The notes beneath the pieces are model-generated. The model was given only the letters and a program-made list of their open reading frames with translations, did no database searches and had not been told where the DNA came from. Shown here in pieces: positions 52,584 through 64,000 of a stretch of 64,000 nucleotides of DNA; positions within the stretch are counted from its first letter, which is position 1, and each line of letters begins with the position of its first letter. Origin of the DNA: the human T2T-CHM13v2.0 reference genome, Homo sapiens; the NCBI RefSeq assembly GCF_009914755.1, contig NC_060927.1. One strand, written 5' to 3'. A program made the translations under genes and the position numbers.

Positions 52584-54190
52584 AATTAGATAATAACATA
52601 CAGTAAGTTAGCAATTCAGAAAACTTAAAGAGAGAAGCAAATAGGGCAGAGGAAGGCATGTGACTAGAATGCAGACTAAGACTATTTAAAAAAACTCACT
52701 GCAGTTGCATTATGTCAAAGTAAGCAAAAAAAAAAAAAAAAGTTCTTTGTCAGTTTGATGAGTGTATCTGTTATGCTTGAAGATGTAGACAGAGAGAAAA
52801 TAAAATCAGTGGACAGAAATTTCATTTATATATACTGGTTACGTACTTGCCACGACCACACACAAACTACAACACAGACCAAAATTCATTACTGATGAAT
52901 TATGGTTTTGCTTTTCTACAAGACGGAGGTAAGCTTGGCAACATTTATTCTTGGGCTAAGATCACAATTGAGACAACAATTCTTTCCTTAATGTGATAAA
53001 TTATGCTGCTCTACATTAGGGAATGCATACTTTTTTATCGAAAGGTAAGAAAAATCGCAAGGTGTGCCTTCTCTATTTTTTTTTTCCGCCCACTAGGAAG
53101 ACATGAAGTTCTATCAGGGAGTTAAAACAGTTAAATAATGGTTAAAAGCCTGCTTCTGGAATCTGAAAAACTCGGTTTCGTGGCTTTACTACTTTCTAGC
53201 TATGTAAGCATGTGTTCTGACTGTCTCCTCATCTCTAAAATTTAAATGAAGTAATGCCTGAATAATTCTTGGTACACACCATTTCTAATTAAAGGGATGC
53301 TTAATGATGCAATCATTCTTCCTTTGCTGCTAATTACTAATTTTGAAATACATGTTATGTTTTGTCATGACACATACAAATAAGCATAACTTAAGTGACA
53401 AAACCATAAACCTATGGCAAAAATACCACAGACCACTCATATCCCTCAGAGGCTTTCATGGTGGACAAGTTAGCCGTGCTGTCTCGTACACCCCACTGCA
53501 CTGAGTTGCTTTGATAAACTGAGTTATGATCCTGGGAGAGAGTACTGAAATAAGACAGACACACTAAAGGCTTCTGGGAAACCACATGACATACAGGTGT
53601 ACCTGGGGTTTCCATAAAGCCCAGAGATGGCAGAGAAAGACTCTTGGGGGACTGGAATGTCTGAAAATCCCATAAAGAAAACAGTTTGCATTCCTGGTCA
53701 CTGGGTACAATCAAACTCAGGAAGTACTTTGTATGGGCACCGAAGTGTATCCTGGAATACACAGTCACACATTACTATCAAGCCTGGGCATTTTTACCAG
53801 TTCGAAAAATCGAACACCCAAGTTTCCATTTGTAAGGTAATTTTTCAAATAATGTTTCTTTTCGAATTTTTTTTCCCATTTATGTAGAGACCTTGAGAGA
53901 AGTGTCATACCTGAGATGCAGCAGGGGACAGGATGGAATGCGTTTTCTAGAGAATCTTCCATAAAGGGAAGCATACATATATTCTGCATCACTAAGATTA
54001 ATCAGAAGAAATTGCTCAAATTCCACCACATTCCACTTTAAGACTATAGCTTTCCCATTAATCGCTACTAGCCCGAAGACCTGTCCAATGCTATAACAGT
54101 GTATGATAAAGCATATATACCTGATTTTTCACAATCATCTATACCACAAAAACTCTATTCCTGTAAATCATCTAATTATTTAGAGATCCT

Positions 54191-54330
54191 ATTTATTTAT
54201 TTACTTATTTATTTGAGACAGGGTCTCACTGTGGCGCCCAGACTCGAGTGCAGCGGCATGATCTCCACCAGGCCTTGGCTTCTCAAAGTTCTGTGATTAT
54301 AGGCATGCGCCACCATGTCTATGTCTGGTC
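54191..54330 (-). mobile_element. Alu with large internal deletion
   Basis: Alu 3' end (gagacagggtctcac...gcatgatctc) joined directly to the Alu 5' start (gccttggcttctcaaagt...gattatagg). Confidence 0.75.
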
Positions 54331-54689
54331 CCAGTATTTTATTTACATCCATAGTATATATGTCAGATTGTTTCTTATACCTAGAATTGATAGAAATCCT
54401 TTATCACATGCTGCCTTCCAAAAAAGAGTTCAAAAAGCATGGTTACCACATAAAGACTTGCAGTTACTAGACCACTTAGATGTTGCCTGAGAAAGATAGA
54501 GCACATGTGGTTTTCTGCATGGTATGACATATCTGAACAGCACCAGTGAATACAGAAGACCATGGCACATAATGGTGGTACTGTGATGGGGAATAAACTG
54601 CCTATTTATTTATTAGAGCACATAAATTACCAACTGATACGCAAAACACCAACTGCAAATTAAGCCTTCCCTCAGAATTAAAGAGAAAA

Positions 54690-54870
54690 GAGGCTGGGGA
54701 ATGGAAAGAATCAGATGGGCCTGCCTCAAACCTCAGCGCACTACTTAATAGCTGCATGACCTCAGTTTCCTTAACCCTGAAATAGACATAACAAGGCCTC
54801 CTTTACAGACTTAGTGTAAAGGAGGGGACCCACAGAAGATACCATCTGGCATATAGTTTGTAAAACTTTA
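54690..54870 (+). mobile_element. MIR
   Basis: ctacttaatagctgcatgacctcagtttcctt. Confidence 0.55.
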
Positions 54871-56483
54871 CATTTGCTATTTCTGTTATGTATTTATGAA
54901 TATACACATATAATTTTATGATATCTATTGCTATAATATATGCAATATGTAAGTATGTATGCACATATGCATATGTGTGTTTATATATAAAATGAGTGAT
55001 TTTTGCTCTTTGATCTTCAAATATTTTCTTTGGATGTCAATTTTTCTTTCCTTTTTTTTCTTTCTTGATTTGGATCTCAGGATCCAAAAGTAAACTAACT
55101 TTCCTAAACCTCTTCAGTATTAAAGAGAGATTCATTTTGAGCCAGCACACTATATTTCTAGTCCATATCTGAATCCATATCTGAAACAAAGACCACGTCT
55201 AAAAGTAATACTCTTATTTCTAATTCTCACCTAACACACCCATGGAAGATAAGAAAATTAACTTACCAGGCAGCAGTAACTTCTTGGAATTCTATGCTCA
55301 CACTTTGCTCAGCACACATAGGCGTTCTGTTGACAGTTGGCTCTCAACACCTCAAGTACGTGTCAGAGGGACGCGAGCCGATCAGTTTACCCAAGCTCCT
55401 TACTTATTCTCATTTACCCTCTAGAATTTTATTTCCTGCCTCAGAAAGAAGAATCCCATCTGCCAGAAGGAAATATTTGTAGCCAACATGACAAAAGTGG
55501 AATCCCTATTTTGTAACAGCTGTGAATCAAAACACTAGTGACTGAAATTAACTACATCGTGCTTCGGAACAGATGTGTGCACAGAAACCAACTCAAGCTC
55601 TGGTGTTCCTGGGCACCATGTGTAAATCATCCACAGACAACACGGTGGGCCATGTTCTCACCTTGTTGCTATGCACGCTCATTTTTAATGTTCTCCTGAA
55701 CCATTGCAGACTTTGAGATTTTTTTTTAAAGGCTTAGAATCTTTATTTCCAAAAGAGGAGATTCTGAAAGTTGCCAATCACTCACTGGAAGACCTAACTA
55801 AACAGATGGGTTTTGACACCTCTGGTTTGATTTTAAATGCAAACATGTCAAATTATGCTCTGGCACAGGTTCTTCTGCCTCAAAATTTTATGGAGGGGTG
55901 TTTAATTTTTTTTAAGTTTTCTTCTCTGAACTCAGTTGTTCCACCATTAGCAATTAAGGCAATAAAGGACTTATTACAGAAACAGTGATATGATTGCTGT
56001 ATTTTAATGCAGCAGCCTTAAGTAATTGAAAATCATTACTAAAAACTTTAGGAAATAAATTTCAAGAACAGACATCTGCAAATGAAGTTGAAGGTAAGGT
56101 CACATTTTTATATAAATAGGAAGCGAGAAGAAAAACATATGGCTTTCTTTGGTGACTCTTCCCATAATCAACATACATGTATTATCTCCTACAACCGAAT
56201 TAGAAGTAAGTGGTACATTGCCTCTGATCACTGTTCTTGGGAGCCCATGGCAGACAATGGTAATCCACTGCAGCCCTTCCACCATCCATGCCCTTCAGAT
56301 GCAAAAGACTTGACTAGCTGCTCTGAACAGATACAAATCAAGGGAGGACTTGAACTTCAGACAAGTAACTATATGGTTAGAAAGATTAAATATACACAAA
56401 TGTAATCACTTGAGAACATTTTAAGCAACATGTCAGAATATGCAAGACGATGGGCTGCAGGATAATTAATTATTGAGAATATA

Positions 56484-57002
56484 CAGTTGACCCTTGAACA
56501 ACACAGGTTTTAACTGTGAGTGTCCACTTATATGAGGAGGACTTTTTTCTTTTTTTGAGACAGAGTCTCACTCTGTTGCCCAGGCTGCAGTGCAGTGGCG
56601 TCATCTTGGCTCACCACAACCTTTGCCTCCCAGGTTCAAGTGATTCTCTTGCCTCAGCCTACCAAATATCTGGGACCATGCCTGGCTAATTTTTGTATTT
56701 TTAGTAGAGATGGGGTTTCACTATGTAGGCCAGGCTGGTCTCTAACTCCTGACCTTGTGATGCGCCCATCTCAGCCTCCCAAAGTGCTGGATTACAGGTG
56801 TGAGCCACTGCACCCGGCCTATATGAGAATTTTTTTTAAATGAAACATGGATTAATAGTATAGCATTGGGGAATATGATACCTCCATATTTGGATGGCTG
56901 ACTTTTGGTATCTGCAGATCCACAGAGCCAAATGCGGGACTTGAGTATTCACGGATTTTGTTATACGATGAGTATATCCTTGAGTACACAGAAGGATGAC
57001 TG
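56484..57002. mobile_element. MER8 (TcMar-Tigger) split by an Alu
   Basis: ta|cagttgacccttgaacaacac...tgcgggacttgagtat...ggatgactg. Confidence 0.8.
56543..56819 (-). mobile_element. AluS (Sg/Sc-like) with short internal deletion
   Basis: Antisense Alu; TSD core TATATGAG (56529-56536, 56820-56827); lacks the ttacaggcg..ccacc segment of the right arm. Confidence 0.9.
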
Positions 57003-57706
57003 CGTTCTCATTCCACCGTGGGGGTGTGTTGTTTTGAGCTGGATATATCCACACAGCACTTTAGTTTGTAAGGTATACCTATATTAAGCCTCATCGTTGC
57101 ATGTATTATTTTGTAATAATATGTTGAATTTATAATTTTAAAGGGTTAAATAACCAGTACAGTTTAAAAATTGAGTAAATAAAAACTGAGAAATTAAAAT
57201 CTGTTCAAATAAGCACTGCATTTAAAACCCATAGATACACAAACTCTACAGAAGCCTGGAGAACCAGGCCCACGTGGAGACAAAGGCAGGATTGAATGCG
57301 AAAACTGTGTTTCTATCACAAATCATAATTACTTGTAGAAAATCTTTTTACTGCGTTCTAAACTCTGTTGGGATCCATGCCTTGAAGGTAACACACCATT
57401 GGTTGCTTTTTCCTGCTCTCCCTCTTGATTTTTTTTTTAATAGACTGAAGGTAGGAAATGCTATATGCTTATCTCTGAGAAGATGCCTCTGTGTAGTCTC
57501 TCTGCTTTATAATTAGCAACAGTCTTTCCCAAATTCTACACTTAGATTGACTTCCAACTTAACAGATGTTACAGTGAATTTCTTTTTTCTTTTTGTGTCT
57601 TCATGGGTATTTTAGTGCGAGGTAACCAAAGGCTGTGTGTAAGGCTACCAGGGAAATACTCGCACCGCCTGGGTCAGAACCCTGTACGTGGCATGGGTCT
57701 TAGTAA

Positions 57707-58047
57707 TCTTGCAGAATTTTGTTCCTTAGTTCAGCCAAAACGAGGTTCTTGTCACATGACCAGCGAGGATTAGAAACGTGGACACATTGAAGGGTAAGGG
57801 AATTGGAATTTATTGGGTGAAAAAGAAAAAAGAAAAAAAACTCTCAGCAAAGCAAGAGGGGATCCTGCTAACAGGCCATCACCTCACACATTGAATTCCA
57901 AGCCATACACAGGACCTGAAGATGCCAGGCTCCTCCCCACTGCACAGGAGGTGAACTTCCCCTGGCTTCACCCTGTTCTCCCAATAATGTGAGGGTGGGT
58001 CAGAGATTCTCCAGGACCCTCCTTTTATCTGCATCCTGCATCTATCA
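57707..58047 (-). mobile_element. MER61-family ERV1 solo LTR
   Basis: ccttagttcagc...gccaggctcctcccc...tctatca; perfect 4-bp TSD GTAA (57703-57706, 58048-58051). Confidence 0.82.
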
Positions 58048-61000
58048 GTAAGTAGTTATTGAATACACAATTGCATGAGCAATGTTTAAGGAGCAGAGAG
58101 AGCTCTTTGCATAGCATATCAGGCAGCTGATCACTCAATAGGATTTAAAAGTCACTGAATAGACTGCTAGGTTCCATAGTGTGGCAGATATAACACAGGG
58201 TCTGAGATTCTCATCCTAGGTTTATGAATGTTTTGTGTTTGGACACCAAATTCTGATTTTAAAAAGATTACTGTGATAAAACCTATTTAACATAAAATTT
58301 ACCATTTTAATGTTTAAATATACAGTTTGTGTCTTTAAATACATTCACATTATTGTGAAGCTTTTAATAGATTGAATATTCTTCTCTTCTGATCAACAGC
58401 AAGATGATTTACATAATTCTGTAAAACTATGAGTTGGCCCATTCCCTCAAGTAAAGCATGAAGACTTAAAAGCAACATGGAACACAGAAAGAGAAAAAAC
58501 TTTGAGCCCAACAAGATTTTGGCTTTGAAAGAGAAGTAAGATGTTTAACTAAGACTCAATGGAAGGAAAAATATTGTCTGGAGATACTGAAAGTTGAGAA
58601 TTATAAAGAGTGATTACAAATGCAGAAGGTAAAAGTATTGGAGCAAAAATTGGAAATCTGCTCACATTTACTGGCTTTTTAAGCAAGTTCTATCATAGAG
58701 GATCTCTCATCCAACCTTCCCAAGGAATTTGTCATCACTCTAATCCACAGCTAATTTTGGCACAGAAATTATATTAGTAAACTCAGCCATATTGTCTTCT
58801 CACATGAAGACAGGACTGATGTCCTCTAAATAAAAAATTAGAGTCTATAGCGATTTGTTTACAATAACAACTGATAGTTACACCCCAGGGATCTTCTTTT
58901 TGCATATCCTGGTTTTTAATAATGAATTATACCTTCTATACATTCTTTCAAAATGTAAATCAATATACTAAAAAAACTACAGAATAAGTCAACATAAATT
59001 GCCCTGTGTGAGGGTGCCTAGTAGACCAATACTAATATTTTGGAGGAGATTTCTACTTTGTAGAATCTACTGAGATTCTGAAAGCTGCCTGCAATTCTGC
59101 AAGTGTAGGGAATGGGGGAAGAGACAGGGCAGAGGAATGAAGCAATGGACTTATCTAATCAAAAGCCTGATTAAAACACTCCCTAGCAGTCTCTAAGATA
59201 GAACTATAGGGAGGCAGCAGGCAATCAAAAGGAAGAGGTCCAGCTATTTAAGTATAGCTCATATCTATTCACTCCGTTGTTTGATTAGATTTTTACCTGT
59301 ACCAAGTCTATGTAGGTATGATGAAGAAAGGTGGTGTATTAAAGATGAGGAAAGGTGGTGTATTAAATATTCCTAACACCACTTTCCCCAGATATGCTAC
59401 TAATACCACCCCAAATTTTCCACTACGCTTTGCCATCATGCCCTTTGAAACCTAATTAATAATGTTTCATTTTTAAGATGATAGTCTAGGCTGCAATTTT
59501 AAATTGGTAAGACTAATATCACTATCTATAGTAGAATACCTCTTTCCTCCACCCACATTCTGATGCACTGTGGATACACCTGTCCACAACAAGAGATTAA
59601 ACCATCCCTTTCTGTCTTTACTTCTCCTTTAAAAGCCCTGGACTGTCTTAATTTTTGACAGAAACTAACTTCTTTCCCAACAGTGGTGGACTACTAGAAT
59701 TCCATGAAGCATGCTTTTGGTGGCTCATGTTGTAAAAATCATGTATCACTTTCTCTTGTGACCTGTCATCAAATGTGACATAATTTAATGCAACAGCTCC
59801 AATTTTAAGGATGGCATTTTGCACTTTGCTTTCAAACTCTATGACTACAGTTATCCAACAGAAGCTGGCCGACCTCAGTGGAACAGACGGGGATCTGTTA
59901 ACAGGTTGCCAACTTTAAATTACTGCTGAGTAGCTTAGCATATCTCTAGAATAATTCCTTTAAAAAGTAATTAATCATTATTTCAAAAAGGTCTTCAGTG
60001 AAGTGTATTTTCTATATTTTACTGATGGGTAGCATTTGATTGGAAACAGCTAATACTTCTCCATTCTCTGTCTTGCATTTACATTTTTACTGTTTTCAAT
60101 ATTGCTGTTTTTGTTTGATGACAACTAGGGACAACTCAGGGAGCAGACTGAGATGCGTCCAACAAAGAGAATATGAATAGCAATCTAGAAGAGTGAACAT
60201 TAGGCAGCTAATGCATAGAAATACTTGTATTTTGTATCTATTTTCTCCATATTTCAACTGAAGATTCTTGCCTCATGTTGGAAACAGATTGAGAAAAGTC
60301 ACTCGTGTCAGTACTACAGAGAACACATTCCATGAGCCCATATCTTCAGCAATGTGTTTGCATCCTAGAAATTATTTCAGATTATGCTCTCTCTTGAGGC
60401 CATAAAAGGCAAACACTGGAGGAGGAACAGTGAGGAGAAACTACATAAATAGCTACAGGCTGTATTTTAGAGACGCCTCCAAACTTGTTAGAAGATAACG
60501 TGTTGACTTTTAGGGTTTGTCAGGAAAGTTAATAAAGCTAGATTTATAAGTATCTTTCAAGATTTTTTTTTCTAATTGAAAAATAAGCCACACGAAAACT
60601 GTATTCTAACACTCTTTGGAAACTGGTATCAAATCAGTCCATCACCCACTTCAAAGAATTTTATTAGCCAAGATATCATAAAAGTCTACATTTTAAGATT
60701 TTTTCTTTTTATCATAAAAAATTTCAAAGACATAGAATGATATAATGAATCATTTATACCTCCACTATCACTCACAAAACTATTTCAAAACAAATCCCAG
60801 ATGTTACTTAAGACAATGTCATTAGCAAATTTCCCTTTGTATAAACACTATAAATTGCTTTAAAGTAAACTTTATGAAAATCATATGCTTTATTTAAGAT
60901 TAGGAACATCCTAATCCCTTTTCCCCATACTTCACAAATTTTAAATCATTTGTGTCATACTGGTAATGAACAAATTACTAAGTGTGTACAACAGAGATGA

Positions 61001-62224
61001 TATATGTTGTCCTCCTATTAGGGACATCCAGTACGTGTCCATGACAAGTATTCCCCTGGATCTTACTACAGGTCCCTGTTGAAGCTGGGCAGGGCCTCAC
61101 AGTGAGTTCCAACACAGCACACCAGGTAACACTAACTCATCAATTAGAGACAGCATGAGAACTACTGACCTTCCTGGTCTACAGCTTACTGTCAAGGAAT
61201 CTCATAGCCAGGAATAAGCTTCTTTACCAATTCCTGCTATTGTTAAATACCTACAATCACACTGTTCAACTAGGAGGAGAACTAAGTATTCATGATGGCT
61301 TGGACCTATGTGGATACTCTCCTTGCTTTTCAAGCTCACAGAGAATGGATAAATTATTAGATTTCAGAAAACCAATTGTAGACTAGAACGAGAACCTAGA
61401 ATGATCTACCAAATCCAGTTTGTGACTAAAAGATGGCATTGTTTCCATTGTCAAAATCATGAAAGTAGACTATCGTCTCAAGATAGAAACACCATCTTTA
61501 CCTTCCATTATGGACCTTTTAATAGGAACACAGTGCTAAATTCCTAAATTACAACAGTTTATTGAATCTTGAATGACATCAGTAGTAAGACCTACCATTA
61601 TTTTATGCACTTTAAGAAAGAAAATGTCTTTTTGAAAACTATGACATGCTATCAATTATAAGAAACACCTGGTTTCACAGTTACTAACATATTTGTATAT
61701 ACACACAGATGCATTCTATTAATTTGTATTTAAGCTAACATTTCTTACTTGAAGATGCATTGGTAATTTATTGATAGGAAAATCACTTCCACAACTAAGG
61801 ATAGTTTTTCACCTTTGTTGCTCTGCAAAGCTTGGTCTTATCTATTCTTCCTTTTAAGATTTCATTTCCACCATCAATCCCAAGGGCAACTGGTTTAACG
61901 TAATAGAGAAAGTCCTGGCTAGGGAAGCAGAGTGTGTTCCCTGCCAACATTTGCCCATGTCTGCGCCCAAATCCACAGTGACTCCTTAGAGAGTCCTCAC
62001 GCAATGTCCATCAATTAATATTTTTATTATTAGAGAGGCTAGTGCTCTTTACAGCATTGGAAACCTAGAAATTCTACCAGCTTAGCCAGCTTTTGCTACC
62101 TATAAGAGTAGTGGAAAAATAACAACATGGTAAGGATATCTTTCTGTTTTCACTGATCTGAAGTCACAAGCCTATAAAACCATTCAATTATAAATGTGAA
62201 AATAAATAATGCTAATAATGACAG

Positions 62225-62548
62225 CTCTTGTCAACTGGACATGCCCAAAGCCGACTGGAGCCAGATATGTGCACTGAGGGAAGTGGGTGGAGCCACAGGG
62301 AATTTGCACCTTACCCAGGGGAGGAGCCTGCGCTCTTCAGCTCATCTGTGTGGCCTGGAATCGATCTATGAGATGAGGACCTGTTAGCAGGAATCCCCCA
62401 TGCTTTGCTGAGAGTTTGTTTTCTTTTTTCCTTTTCGCCAAATAAATTCCATTCCCCTCATCCTTCAAACTGTCTCCATGCCTAACTTTTCCTGGTGGTG
62501 TGACAAGAACCCAGTTTTAGCTGAACTAAGGAACAAAGCTCTGCAACA
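62225..62548 (+). mobile_element. MER61-family LTR, 5'-truncated
   Basis: ggacatgccc...gggtggagccac...ggggaggagcctg...gctgaactaaggaacaaagctctgcaaca. Confidence 0.8.
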
Positions 62549-63596
62549 GTTGCAACTAAATTGCATTAAAACAAGATGTGCAAGATGAGTTTTGAGACCT
62601 ACATCCTTTTATTAAGGCAGAAAAATTCAAGTCCATAATGAAGTCAATATGAAAAGGACCTGAATTTAGGTTTCTGTAGCAATCCATTTTATGGATGTTG
62701 CTTTCTTAGAAATTTTATGTTTTAAAATAGATTTTTAAAATTTATTACCTTAAAGATTTTTTCCTGTAGATCATATGGACACTTAATTTCTTCTATCAGG
62801 CGTATCATCTAGAAATATAATGCTTACATGGGAAATATATTATCTTATGATTTGATAAAAATAGATGGAGTTGCAAATATACTTTTATGATATTCTTGAA
62901 TTTTTTTTTCCAATGCAAAGATTCCCAATCTGCCTACCAACTGAACTGTTTTGGTCGTGAAACATTACCTTCTCGGTATGTGGTATGCCTATCAGCAGAA
63001 AAGTAGTAAAGAAGAATAGACTAACTTTAGTTATTACATTTGCATTGTCTACAAAGCCATTTACTTAATGGATGAGTCTCATTAGCAGTCCAACCACAAT
63101 ATAAAGAATACAATGATGTGTTTCATAGGTTCATTAAAATAATATTTCAAAGGAGTCATTAGAATAAAAGAAGCTGAAGTTTCAACAGACAGTAAGTTGT
63201 CTGCAAATAAATGAGATGGAACCAACATGTTTTCAAGTAAGTTAAGAGACATGTTTACAAATACATTACAGCCATTAAAAAAGGAAGCATCAACTTAGCA
63301 AGTGCTGGGGGGACGATTACTCATGCAATTTACTAAAACAAAACTGTAACACTCTCACATCAATAGTTATTGTAGATGCAAACGCCTGTAGGTACAGGAA
63401 AATGTGTCTTAAGAAGGAAAATTCATTCTACAGCCCCGAGATGATTCTCCACTTGGAAGCAAAATTGAAAACATTCAATCCTGTCTTCAGATCACCACTG
63501 GTTTGGCGGGGGGGGGGGGTTTGTTTTTTGTTTTGTTTTGTTTTGTATACACTTTTGTGTTATTTGCCCCAAACCCCAAGCATGCCTATCTTTTCA

Positions 63597-63901
<305 letters not shown>

Positions 63902-64000
63902 TAAAAAGAAATTCATGGTAAATTAGTAACATGAATAATCCTGTAAGGGCAAAAAGTATACTGAAAAAAAAAATTGTGTCTATTTGTAATTATCTAACCA

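Noticed and set aside
63940-63975. Minus-strand acceptors near the window end (tttttttcAG, cccttacAG)
   Set aside because: No donor or open frame follows before the Alu; T-runs generate such sites by chance

Overview
AT-rich primate (human-like) genomic DNA that reads as a large intron or an intergenic interval. I see no protein-coding exon, tRNA/rRNA/snRNA gene, CpG island or CRISPR-like array. The listed ORFs are short and either repeat-derived (Alu, L1, MaLR, ERV1, MER) or consistent with chance. A large part of the window is recognisable interspersed repeat: 11 Alu-family copies (including a FAM, a FLAM and an internally deleted Alu), MIR/L2, L1M fragments, many solo LTRs (MLT1/MLT2, MSTB, THE1, MER21, MER50, LTR54-like, LOR1, LTR33, two MER61) and hAT/Tigger fossils (Charlie4a, MER1A, MER3, MER5, MER8, MER33, MER53, MER58A, MER112). 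Subfamily names come from my recollection of consensus sequences and need RepeatMasker/Dfam confirmation; target-site duplications (TSDs) were read directly. I found no convincing novel biological system. The best leads are a nested TE stack at 10.5-16.1 kb with an inverted L1 piece, an inverted double octamer in MER50, inverted MER61 LTRs with a p53 half-site, a MER53 with arm-symmetric changes, and a few splice-signal candidates (a possible 6-nt microexon, an ATG-ending exon and a 193-nt non-coding exon). Host-gene identity and strand could not be established.
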